Below are positions 1 to 8,229 of a stretch of DNA of 31,653 bases, one piece after another. The stretch comes from a virus. Taxonomy: Duplodnaviria; Caudoviricetes. The position numbers and the translations under genes were made by a program. The notes under the pieces were generated by a model that saw only the letters and a list, made by a program, of their open reading frames with translations, ran no database searches and was not told the origin of the DNA. How positions within the stretch are numbered: the stretch's first letter is position 1; every line of letters begins with the position of its first letter. The stretch lies in the IMG/VR virus record IMGVR_UViG_3300042363_000622, positions 1-31,653 of that record; one strand, given 5' to 3'.

Positions 1-3
1 CAT

Positions 4-41
4 AAAAGAAAAACCCAGGAACTGACCCTGGGTTATCTTTT
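4..41 (-). terminator. Intrinsic terminator downstream of the 54..374 gene
   Basis: Minus strand reads AACCCAGG-GTCAGTT-CCTGGGTT followed by TTTCTTTTAT, just after the stop codon at 54. Confidence 0.8.
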
Positions 42-53
42 GCGAGATTGACA

Positions 54-374
54 TCAAGCATTGTAGAAAAGCTTAATAAAGCCTTCTTCAATTTCCTTCA
101 TAGGAAGAACTTCAATTGAATAAAGATCATCCGCAAAGAGCTTGATGTATCCACCTTCTTGGGCAACGGCTTGTAGCTCTTGCATCCCAATAGGGATACA
201 GATGTACATACCGTTTGGTAACGATACCAATGGATGCTTCTGGTCTTCCAGATAGCACCTGTCTAGCACTCGGCTATGTGCCTTTGTGCATGACATATGT
301 ACTTCAATAAGGGTGTCGCCCTCAAAGAAGAACACATGGTACGTATCCCCCGAGTAAATGGTTACCTCGTTCAT
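54..374 (-). CDS. Hypothetical protein (106 aa)
   Basis: The ORF track starts at 389, but ATG at 374 follows a strong SD (AAAGGAG), so I prefer that start. No recognisable motif. Confidence 0.7.
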   Translation of the reverse strand: MNEVTIYSGDTYHVFFFEGDTLIEVHMSCTKAHSRVLDRCYLEDQKHPLVSLPNGMYICIPIGMQELQAVAQEGGYIKLFADDLYSIEVLPMKEIEEGFIKLFYNA

Positions 375-450
375 ATTTACTCCTTTCAACTAGTAAATAA
401 GGGTTGCATACACCTGAATGGTGCACGTCTAAGTAGCTATAACACTACCT

Positions 451-494
451 ATAAAAGAAAAACCCCCTAACTACACTGGATGTGCAGCAGGGGG
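451..494 (-). terminator. Intrinsic terminator downstream of the 516..1076 gene
   Basis: Minus strand reads CCCCCT-G-CTGCAC-ATCCA-GTGTAG-TT-AGGGGG then TTTTTCTTTTAT. The 15-nt tail is identical to that of the terminator at 4-41. Confidence 0.8.
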
Positions 495-515
495 ATAATC
501 CTTCTTCAAATGCAA

Positions 516-1076
516 CTAAGCAGCAATACCAAAGTACTTCTTAGTTGAATCTGTTACATGGCAATTGTTACCAGTATTACTCTGGATATAGCGCCATGAT
601 GATAGGGCATCGTAACTGTGTATTACAGCCACGTTGCGGACGATACCCAGTTCAAAACAAATGATATCATCATTGACACGTACGTACCAATGGTTACCGT
701 TTGCATAAACCAGGTTGCCATCTTGGATATGCTTCTTCACCGTATCGAACGCAGCATGGTACTGCATCTCAGATGTGTGAACATATCCATCACATGCCAT
801 AAGGAAGCGTTCCAGTCTACTTGCTGTACTATAGCAGTTGCTTGGTACGCCGGTATATGTAGGCACAGGCACAGCAAATGCGTGCTCAGTAGTGGTGTCA
901 ATACATACATTGTTACCATATGTATCTACTATGTACCACTGGGCACCGTTGCCATGCATGTACCTGCCATTCCTAGCAGCATGTATGATGGTCATGAATG
1001 CACGAAACTGTGCATTGTTTAGTTTTGTTGTGATGTCAGTCACTCCTTCACTACTCACTATTTGCGTAACAGGCAT
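516..1076 (-). CDS. Hypothetical protein (186 aa) with an internal two-fold repeat
   Basis: AGGA SD upstream. The two halves resemble each other (RNGRYMHGNGAQWYIVDTYGNNVCID vs QDGNLVYANGNHWYVRVNDDIICFE). Confidence 0.7.
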   Translation of the reverse strand: MPVTQIVSSEGVTDITTKLNNAQFRAFMTIIHAARNGRYMHGNGAQWYIVDTYGNNVCIDTTTEHAFAVPVPTYTGVPSNCYSTASRLERFLMACDGYVHTSEMQYHAAFDTVKKHIQDGNLVYANGNHWYVRVNDDIICFELGIVRNVAVIHSYDALSSWRYIQSNTGNNCHVTDSTKKYFGIAA

Positions 1077-1370
1077 GTGAGCTTCCTGATGTTGTGTTAG
1101 TTATCAATACTTTCTATTGATACATGCTCATCATCAACGCATGGGTTCTTCATATGATAACGGCATAAGCACCGGAGCAGTAATGTGTCAGAGGTAAGGA
1201 GTATACCCCCGTACCCTAGTTAAAGTTTTCTAACACATATACTATTCACTATTACCACCCTATAAATTTTCCCCTACTTTTTAACCCCCTTAGTTATATA
1301 CCTGTATATAGGTTTTCTTCAAATACCATTTGCTCTCAAAAATTTTTCCCTTAAAAATTCTCCCTAGGAG

Positions 1371-1399
1371 TTGCTAACACACAAAACCGCTGATAAGTT
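1371..1399 (+). promoter_or_regulatory. Putative sigma70-type promoter
   Basis: TTGCTA, 17-nt spacer, TAAGTT preceded by TGn (extended -10), upstream of the 1453 ORF. Confidence 0.45.
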
Positions 1400-1452
1400 A
1401 TCTCTCAAGTCGGAAATGGCCGGCAAAACAAGACAGAAAGTAAACAACTACA

Positions 1453-1602
1453 ATGACTATAGATCCAGAAGATATGACACTAGAAACTACAGATACCTTA
1501 GAGACATTCTTGTCTGATTACATGAAGTCTGACTATGACTCGTACAGATCAGCCTATGGTGACACAGACTACGATTCAGACAACTACGGATACGATTACT
1601 AA
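1453..1602 (+). CDS. Small acidic Asp/Tyr-rich protein (49 aa), not in the ORF track
   Basis: Hand translation: MTIDPEDMTLETTDTLETFLSDYMKSDYDSYRSAYGDTDYDSDNYGYDY*. It lies downstream of the putative promoter. Confidence 0.6.
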   Translation: MTIDPEDMTLETTDTLETFLSDYMKSDYDSYRSAYGDTDYDSDNYGYDY

Positions 1603-1639
1603 TCAATCCCCATACACTAATAAGAAAGACCACTCACTA

Positions 1640-2200
1640 ATGAGAAATCCAACAATGCCAAATAATATAATGGTAGGCTCAGAGAAGTTGTTCAGAACAA
1701 AAGCTCCCTGGAGACTAAATAGTTCCTTCATAGGACAGCTATCTAAAGATCACAGATTATTATTGTTTAAAACAATGTTCTCAGACACGCAATACAAACA
1801 TAGCCTGAATGTTAATAGAATATCTAAGAACCTATATAATATCTCACAGATTAATCATGAACACCTGACTTTTATAGGACTGGGTCAAGATACACAAGTA
1901 TTATTAGATTTGTATACTACCTATGGATTCAAGTTTGATACAGCTATACTGATTAACAATACTCTACCAGTACACAAGCTGGACCCTTTACTTGCTTCTT
2001 GCGCGGTCTATAACTTTTGGACTAAAGATATGGGCTTTGATAACCATATTGAGTGGGCAGAAGTCAACGAGTACGTAAAAACAAAAATTCCAGCTCACCT
2101 CTCGAACAGATTAGCTCTAGAAGTGGCTGGATGTTTAATATATGAAAGATACGAACAAACGTATCTTGAGAGCAACTACGCTAAGATATTATATGTTTAA
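1640..2200 (+). CDS. Hypothetical protein (~186 aa)
   Basis: The track start at 1535 overlaps the 1453 ORF, so ATG 1640 (or 1655) is more likely. There is a faint alpha/beta-hydrolase-like strand pattern (LTFIGLGQD, AILIN, VYNFW) but no catalytic Ser. Confidence 0.6.
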   Translation: MRNPTMPNNIMVGSEKLFRTKAPWRLNSSFIGQLSKDHRLLLFKTMFSDTQYKHSLNVNRISKNLYNISQINHEHLTFIGLGQDTQVLLDLYTTYGFKFDTAILINNTLPVHKLDPLLASCAVYNFWTKDMGFDNHIEWAEVNEYVKTKIPAHLSNRLALEVAGCLIYERYEQTYLESNYAKILYV

Positions 2201-2490
2201 TCTTCGTAGTCACTAGGATTGAATGTAAATACATTGGGAATCTCTTTAGCTAGTGATCTAACAACTTGTTCTTGAGATTGTTTAGTTAAACTCACTAAGT
2301 CTTCAACGATTTCCCATTGAGCAGTAGTAAAGACGGCTAGAGTGATCTGGCCGTCTTCTTCTGTTGTTACGGTGATGACAGAGTCTTCCATATCAGGAAT
2401 GTCGTCTAGACTAATTTGAAACTCTCCTGACGCACCACTCATCTCACCAGAGACTAAGATTCTCTTCATCAGCTCTATAAAGTATTCCAT
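2197..2490 (-). CDS. Hypothetical acidic protein (97 aa)
   Basis: ORF with plausible composition, converging on the 1640 gene. Confidence 0.65.
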   Translation of the reverse strand: MEYFIELMKRILVSGEMSGASGEFQISLDDIPDMEDSVITVTTEEDGQITLAVFTTAQWEIVEDLVSLTKQSQEQVVRSLAKEIPNVFTFNPSDYED

Positions 2491-2527
2491 ATGGGGACTC
2501 TTTCTGCTAGGAGTTGTGTATCAATTT

Positions 2528-2561
2528 AAAAAAAAATAAACGCCCGAATTTTTTAGGCGCG
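2528..2561 (-). terminator. Intrinsic terminator
   Basis: Minus strand reads GCGCCT-AAAAAATTC-GGGCGT followed by TTATTTTTTTTT, immediately after the stop at 2569. Confidence 0.6.
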
Positions 2562-2568
2562 GTTTTGT

Positions 2569-3508
2569 TTAACCAACAGGTGGCGTAGGTGGTATATTGC
2601 GTGAAATGTCATAGGTACTTCTCATCTCTTGTAAAAATTCATTTACAGACTTTGAACCAATAGGGCTCAACTTTCTATCTGGAATTACTCCAGAAGCACG
2701 CACCATTGGGTTACTTGAAAACCTGTTGTAAAGGTTTTGGCGAAAGTCTTGTTCATGTTTAATTACTTTTTCCATTTCTTCATTATATCTATCTGATGTA
2801 CTAAGAGAAGTAGATTGTCCCAAGCTCGCTTCTAACGTATTTCTTGGTCCTCTATAGGCATCTATGTCTAAGTCAAAACTAGCAAGAACTTCTTGATCAC
2901 CAAAGACTGACTCTCCTCGATCTACAAAAGTATTTTTTGTAAAATACTCAGGATCAGCTACTCTTGTTGTTCTTGCAGCTCCTTGTATTTCAATAGGGTT
3001 ACCTCTTGTAAAATACATAGTATAATTACGGTCTTCTGGTCCACTAGGTTTATTAGCTGCAGATCTTTTTGCTGCTACTGCATGAGAAAGACCAGCATCT
3101 ACTTGATCTCGTCCTGTAGAACTTTGCGGAATACCAAAGGCATAAGTAGAGCCTGGTGGAGTAAATTGTGTACTGTCATACATTGTTCCAAGGTTGGTCC
3201 CTGCGTTGCGCATCTCTTCAATGTCTTGAATTTTTGTTAGGTCAGGTCTGTGAGAAACATGTATACCATAGCCTTGGCCAGGTTCTAATGGTGCAAGTTT
3301 TCTAGGATTTTTTATCGCTGTACTAGATTGTTTATACATTGCTTTTATTTCACCAGAAGAAGGTTGAACAGTACGAGCCATTGGCTTAACTGATCTACTT
3401 ACCATTGACTGAGCTGATGCTAGTCTTTTACCGCATTGATCCCTTTGGTGCAGAGGCAACACTCATCATATGCGTATACATATTGCCGAATGTTGTGCCT
3501 CTACCCAT
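2569..3508 (-). CDS. Hypothetical late/virion-type protein (~312 aa), +1 frame change at CGG 3433-3431
   Basis: SD GAGG plus ATG at 3508 gives MGRGTTFGNMYTHMMSVASAPKGSM-CGG-TAA. The +1 frame continues GKRLASAQSM... into track ORF 2569..3462. A late-type motif lies at 3537-3544. Confidence 0.65.
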
Positions 3509-3536
3509 GATGTCCTCAATAAGTTATTGTGTCTAT

Positions 3537-3544
3537 AATAGTAA
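3537..3544 (-). promoter_or_regulatory. Putative late promoter (TTACTATT variant)
   Basis: Intergenic, about 30 nt upstream of ATG 3508. Matches the TTACTATA motif seen before other late genes. Confidence 0.5.
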
Positions 3545-3545
3545 T

Positions 3546-3863
3546 TTAAAAATCTTCAGATTTGCGTAAATCTTTACGAATATCTTCTAAAGCTTTTTGA
3601 ACTTTATCTATTCTGCGATCAAGCTTTTCTATAAAGCCATTTGAGAACTTGAAGTTAAGATTGAGAGACATAGCTGCACCCTCAAAGGCAGAGTACTTGA
3701 CTATTGCGCCTTCGCTACCAAACTTTAGCTTCTTGTTAGATTTTTCAGTCTTTTTTTTGGATTGATAAAAATTATTATTATATCCTTTGAATTGATAAAT
3801 ATTATCAGTATCTCCTGAGAAGTATTTATAATATTCTTTGTAAAATTCTTCTTCATTACTCAT
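3546..3863 (-). CDS. Hypothetical protein (105 aa) with C-terminal coiled coil
   Basis: ORF in a tightly coupled operon with recA and the Zn-finger gene. Confidence 0.65.
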   Translation of the reverse strand: MSNEEEFYKEYYKYFSGDTDNIYQFKGYNNNFYQSKKKTEKSNKKLKFGSEGAIVKYSAFEGAAMSLNLNFKFSNGFIEKLDRRIDKVQKALEDIRKDLRKSEDF

Positions 3864-4011
3864 TGTCTATAATCTCCGTCCATTTATCGCCACATTCTCT
3901 ACATTCAACGAATAGGCATTTTTGTTCTTGCTTTTTGCCCGGCTTAATAATAAAGTTAGTTGGCACAGGGCAGTCTGGACATGGTTCTATGTCAAATTTA
4001 TTTGGCTGCAT
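3856..4011 (-). CDS. Small Zn-finger protein (51 aa), not in the ORF track
   Basis: MQPNKFDIEPCPDCPVPTNFIIKPGKKQEQKCLFVECRECGDKWTEIIDNE*. Two CxxC pairs; overlaps the recA stop and the next start. Confidence 0.7.
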   Translation of the reverse strand: MQPNKFDIEPCPDCPVPTNFIIKPGKKQEQKCLFVECRECGDKWTEIIDNE

Positions 4012-4978
4012 CTTTAATCTTGTTTTTTATCTCATTAAACAGTTCTGTGTTCTCACGCAAGTTTGTTATTGCGTTTTCTCTACCTTGCGCAAAGAGTTCA
4101 CCTTCTTGGTAAATCCACGCACCTTTTTGCGTAAAGATTCCTTGATCCACTGCCACATCAAAAACACATCCATGCTCATCGATTCCTTTTCCGTAAAATA
4201 TATTGAATTCTGTTATCTTCATAGGGGGTGCCATCTTATTCTTGATGATCTTAACCTTAGAAGTAATTCCAATTGGTATTCCAGCTTTATCTTTAATATC
4301 TTCTTTCTTGCGAATGTCGATACGTACAGATGCTGCGTACTTCAATGCCATACCACCCGGAGTAGTCTCCGGATTGCCAAACATTATACCAATCTTACTT
4401 CTTAATTGGTTAATGAATATAATAAGAGTTTTGTGCTCATTAGCTAGTCCAACAAGCTTACGCAAAGCTTTTGACATCATGCGCGCCTGCAAGCCCATCT
4501 GGTTGGCTTCCATATCGCCCTCAAGCTCTGCCTTAGGGATCAAAGAGGCAACTGAGTCTACTACTACCAAACCGATCTCACCGGTCCTAATAAGCTTATC
4601 TACGATCTCTAACCCCTGCTCGCCATAATCAGGCTGTGCAAGAAGTAGCTCATCTAGATCTACGCCAACAGCTTGCATATAGATTGGATCGAGGGCATGC
4701 TCTGCATCTACGTATGCACAACGAATGCCAAGCTTCTGAGCTTGCGCAACTACCGACAAAGCAAGTGTCGATTTACCAGAAGACTCTGGTCCAAATATTT
4801 CTACTACTCTACCTTTTGGTAGACCACCAATTCCTAATACCTTATCAAGCGATAAGGCACCTGTTGGAATTGCGGGCCATTTTTCAAAGTGAGAAGAACC
4901 TAATCTCATCACAGATCCGGCACCAAATTGTCTTTCGATTTGAGCTATGGCCAACTCAAGTTGTTTTGATTCATCCAT
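3998..4978 (-). CDS. recA: RecA recombinase
   Basis: Walker A GPESSGKS, DAEHALD, VVVDSVA, IFINQLR, MFGNPETTPGG and ALKYAASVR are canonical RecA motifs. The acidic C-terminal tail is absent. Confidence 0.97.
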   Translation of the reverse strand: MDESKQLELAIAQIERQFGAGSVMRLGSSHFEKWPAIPTGALSLDKVLGIGGLPKGRVVEIFGPESSGKSTLALSVVAQAQKLGIRCAYVDAEHALDPIYMQAVGVDLDELLLAQPDYGEQGLEIVDKLIRTGEIGLVVVDSVASLIPKAELEGDMEANQMGLQARMMSKALRKLVGLANEHKTLIIFINQLRSKIGIMFGNPETTPGGMALKYAASVRIDIRKKEDIKDKAGIPIGITSKVKIIKNKMAPPMKITEFNIFYGKGIDEHGCVFDVAVDQGIFTQKGAWIYQEGELFAQGRENAITNLRENTELFNEIKNKIKDAAK

Positions 4979-5243
4979 TGATATATTCTACCACAGCTGA
5001 TTTCTTAATGATAGATTTAGACTCAATGGCTTTTATTTTATCTATCACTTGCTCTTTTGCTTGTTTCAACTGCCAACGCAATTCGTAGTCTGCAGCAAGT
5101 GTTCTTTCATTGATTTGTTCTAGCAACCTATACAGTCTGTTTAGTTCTAATTGTTTTTGGTTCTTTTTTTGCAAGAGAAAAACATCTTTCGTGATATACT
5201 TTGGGACAACAAATATAGCACAGAAGCGCAGGAATAACAACAT
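4971..5243 (-). CDS. Hypothetical coiled-coil protein; start uncertain, possibly TTG near 5174
   Basis: ORF overlapping the recA start, with an amphipathic helical sequence. Confidence 0.45.
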   Translation of the reverse strand: MLLFLRFCAIFVVPKYITKDVFLLQKKNQKQLELNRLYRLLEQINERTLAADYELRWQLKQAKEQVIDKIKAIESKSIIKKSAVVEYING

Positions 5244-5393
5244 ATGAAAAAAGTAGAGTTTGATCTTGATTATGTCAGAGCAGTAAAACTATTAAAGACA
5301 AAGATTAACACTCCGTATGATTTAATTAGATACTGGGCATTCAGTGGTCCTTGTTTAGAATCTCATCCATCAATAGAAAATATTTCCGAGTAG
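5244..5393 (+). CDS. Small hypothetical protein (49 aa), not in the ORF track
   Basis: AGGA SD and an extended -10 (TGATATACT near 5192) upstream. MKKVEFDLDYVRAVKLLKTKINTPYDLIRYWAFSGPCLESHPSIENISE*. Confidence 0.55.
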   Translation: MKKVEFDLDYVRAVKLLKTKINTPYDLIRYWAFSGPCLESHPSIENISE

Positions 5394-5396
5394 GAT

Positions 5397-5427
5397 TTGA
5401 CAATCACTGTGCAGTGGGGTGTATAAT
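5397..5427 (+). promoter_or_regulatory. Consensus sigma70 promoter with a 19-nt spacer containing a dyad
   Basis: TTGACA (5397-5402), 19-nt spacer, TATAAT (5422-5427). The spacer contains CACTG-TG-CAGTG. Confidence 0.6.
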
Positions 5428-5549
5428 CTGTATACAGCAGCCCTTTCTAAACTATGGGTTAGCCGTAGCCTGCAAAGCATACACGATAGTTTAATAATAC
5501 TACGTGTATCAATACACTGTACTATACGGGTGCTTAAAATTATTTTTAA

Positions 5550-5558
5550 GTTACTATA
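5550..5558 (+). promoter_or_regulatory. Putative late promoter GTTACTATA
   Basis: About 25 nt upstream of ATG 5584 (SD AGGAG). The motif recurs before other late operons. Confidence 0.6.
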
Positions 5559-5583
5559 GGTTCAAAGACCTAGGAGTTAGTGT

Positions 5584-7063
5584 ATGAGAATATATCAAAT
5601 ATTCTTCCCAGAATTAGCAACGTATGTTAAGTTTAAAGTTCTGGACCCAGAAGAGATCCAGAATTTCTTGTCGACATGCCCTAAAGTTGATACTGAATTA
5701 GAATTTAAAAAATTTAAGAAGAATGTTATTGAGCATTTTATTTTTAATTTAAAGAATGAAATCTCTGAATGTTTACGAGCAATGTCACGCAAGTCCGCTG
5801 AAAAATGCATAGATGCAGTATATGCAGGCTGTGTAATGTTAAACCCAGGTTTGGATATAGACCGGATGGATTAACATTGCTTACGATGCACCAATGCATA
5901 TTAATCCATTTCTATTTGATGATGACGAAGACTTAGTATCTAATGCCTTTCTAGATACAATTAAAAACTTTAGAAACAAATTTCCTAAAGTAGACGAAAA
6001 TGACCTGCCAGTATCAGGTAATGCTAAGGAAAAAACAAAAGTTAAGCCTAAACAGATTACTAAGCAAAAGTTTCTTGGTTTAGAGCCTTATCTTAAGAAT
6101 AACATTATTGGCCAAGAGAATGCTGTTAGTGCTTTAATAAGTGCCTTAAGAAGATCTCAAACTGGATTACATGACCCAGATAGGCCATTGGGAGTTTTTC
6201 TATTTGCCGGATCTTCCGGAGTTGGAAAGACACACCTTGCTAATGCTTTGCATAAATATTTATTTGGGTCAGACTATCCAATGGTAAGAATTGATTGCGG
6301 AGAGTTTCAACATAAACATGAGAACCAAAAGCTAATAGGTTCCCCTCCTGGTTACGTAGGACACGATGAAGGTGGACAACTAGTTAATCTAGTTAAAAAA
6401 TATCCATCAACTGTTGTTCTGCTAGATGAAGTAGAAAAAGCTCATCCAGATTTATGGAATACTTTTTTAAGGGTTTTTGACGATGGAGTATTAACTGATG
6501 GCAAAGGTGAGATTGTAGATTTTAAAAATACAATTATTATTATGACAACAAATCTTGGAAATGATAAAACATCTGAACATCTACTTTCTGGTGGAGCTGG
6601 ATTTACTAAGGACGTTAATTATAAGATTGGTACAAAAATAGTTCCAAATAGGTCAATTGTTGAACGTAATACAAATGACGCAGTTAAAAAACACTTTAAA
6701 CCAGAATTTTTAAACAGAATAGACAAAACTGTTATTTTTAACTATCTATCAGATGAAGACTGTTCTAAGATAGCTCAACTAGAGATGTCGGTCATAGCTG
6801 ACAAGCTTTCTAAAAAAGGATTCTCAATGCAGTATAATGACAACGTTATTTCTGGTCTGATAGCACAAGGTATAGATTCAATCAAAGGAGCTAGAGGTTT
6901 GGCGCAAATAAGAAGAGATAAAATAGAATCTCAGCTAGCGGAATCAATAATGGATAACCCATCTCCTAGAGGTTCTATATTTCAGATAGATTATGAAGAT
7001 TCTATATTTAAGTTTAATGTTATTAAGCCGTCTAAAAAACAGGACTTAATAAAAGAAGTATAG
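5584..7063 (+). CDS. ClpB/ClpC-like AAA+ ATPase (single NBD2 plus unique N-terminal domain, ~492 aa), +1 frame change at CGG 5863-5865
   Basis: IIGQENAV, Walker A GSSGVGKT, LIGSPPGYVG, Walker B LLDEVEKAHP, FKPEFLNRID, GARGL. Track ORFs 5584..5874 and 5894..7063 join as GAC-(C)GGA-TGG-ATT-AAC... Confidence 0.85.
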
Positions 7064-7071
7064 TTACTATA
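7063..7071 (+). promoter_or_regulatory. Putative late promoter GTTACTATA
   Basis: About 32 nt upstream of ATG 7104 (SD AGGAG), at the head of a long coupled operon. Confidence 0.6.
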
Positions 7072-7103
7072 AAGTTGTAATTAGTTTAATTTAGGAGATA
7101 ATC

Positions 7104-7292
7104 ATGGCAATAGGTTCATCAGTAGGAGCTAAAGGGCTCATGTCAACAGCTAGAAGTAGTATCAAACAAATTGGATACAAAAGAGGTGCTGCAGTTGCAG
7201 CTGGCGTAGTTGGTGCAGGAGCTATCATGAGAAGAAGAAAATCTGGATTAGACAAAACTTCAGGAAGACCAACTGGAATAAGGAGTTACTAA
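7104..7292 (+). CDS. Small basic protein with a Gly/Ala hydrophobic segment (62 aa)
   Basis: SD AGGAG. GAAVAAGVVGAGAIM is flanked by basic residues. Confidence 0.7.
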   Translation: MAIGSSVGAKGLMSTARSSIKQIGYKRGAAVAAGVVGAGAIMRRRKSGLDKTSGRPTGIRSY

Positions 7293-7293
7293 A

Positions 7294-7641
7294 ATGGCTA
7301 GACTTAACTCAATGTACAATTCCATTGGATCTATGGCTACGAGAATGTTGTACGGAACACAATCAAGTTCAAAAATGGTAAATTCAACAATGGTAAATTC
7401 ACCAATGGCAAAAGCAGCTATTGCAGCATCAAGAGCACATGGCGGTATTGGTGGAGCAGCAATTGCAAATATGGTTAATAAGAGAGCAGCAATTGCAAAT
7501 AATGTTAAAATGGGAAGAAAAGTAGTTGGCGGAGCTGCTGCCATGGGCATGATGGGCATGGCAAATAGACCAAGTCCAGTAGGTGGGTATAATCCAAGAA
7601 GGCCGGTCGTGCCTGTTCCCCAAAACGGAAGGCCTATATAA
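7294..7641 (+). CDS. Basic Met/Gly/Ala-rich protein (115 aa)
   Basis: Coupled ORF with no acidic residues and short internal repeats. Confidence 0.7.
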   Translation: MARLNSMYNSIGSMATRMLYGTQSSSKMVNSTMVNSPMAKAAIAASRAHGGIGGAAIANMVNKRAAIANNVKMGRKVVGGAAAMGMMGMANRPSPVGGYNPRRPVVPVPQNGRPI

Positions 7642-7642
7642 G

Positions 7643-8053
7643 ATGAGTAATTGGGAAAGTTTTATTAATGAGTCAGGTGATTTCGAATTGCCCAATTTCT
7701 TATATAGAACTATCAATGATTTAATGAAACAATCTTTAGATATGGGAACTCTATTATCTGGAGATCAACATAAATTAAGAGCCTACAAAGAACAGACTAA
7801 AAAAATGTTTAAAGCACGTTGGTTTGAAATAGCCAAAGCTCTTGAATTTTTTAATATAATAGATCCATGCATTTGTTCTCTTAGTGAAAAAGAACTATAT
7901 TGTGATGTTTGCAAAGGCGCAAGATTTATAATTAGTTCAACGTTAACAGCTGACGAAATGAAAGAAGTTGGTTTCTTTTTTAATGCAGCAGACAACGTTG
8001 ACATAGTTAACAAACTTCAAAAAAGTCTTAATGAAATATTAATGGATCGTTAA
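7643..8053 (+). CDS. Hypothetical protein with a Cys cluster (136 aa)
   Basis: ATG 7643 lies directly after the previous stop. CIC...CDVCKG is a putative Zn site. Confidence 0.7.
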   Translation: MSNWESFINESGDFELPNFLYRTINDLMKQSLDMGTLLSGDQHKLRAYKEQTKKMFKARWFEIAKALEFFNIIDPCICSLSEKELYCDVCKGARFIISSTLTADEMKEVGFFFNAADNVDIVNKLQKSLNEILMDR

Positions 8054-8055
8054 AT

Positions 8056-8229
8056 GTGTTATGTCCAAGGTGTGATTCTAAGTTAGAAAACATCGTAGAG
8101 TTCTTTATAGAAGAACCTAAATTTATATATACAAAAGAATATTATTGTACTAAATGTAAAAGTTCTATGATAGAACATTTTAATAACAATGGTTTCTATG
8201 CAACAGAGTGGATTGATTTTAATGTCTAA
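8056..8229 (+). CDS. Small Zn-ribbon protein (57 aa, GTG start), not in the ORF track
   Basis: MLCPRCDSKLENIVEFFIEEPKFIYTKEYYCTKCKSSMIEHFNNNGFYATEWIDFNV*. It fills the gap and overlaps the next start. Confidence 0.7.
   Translation: MLCPRCDSKLENIVEFFIEEPKFIYTKEYYCTKCKSSMIEHFNNNGFYATEWIDFNV

Noticed and set aside
824-833. CTGTACTATA matching the late motif
   Set aside because: It lies inside and antisense to a gene with no downstream start, so it is likely chance.
1535-1639. Track start at 1535 for the 221-aa ORF
   Set aside because: The Thr-rich N-terminal extension is the alternate frame of the 1453..1602 acidic ORF.
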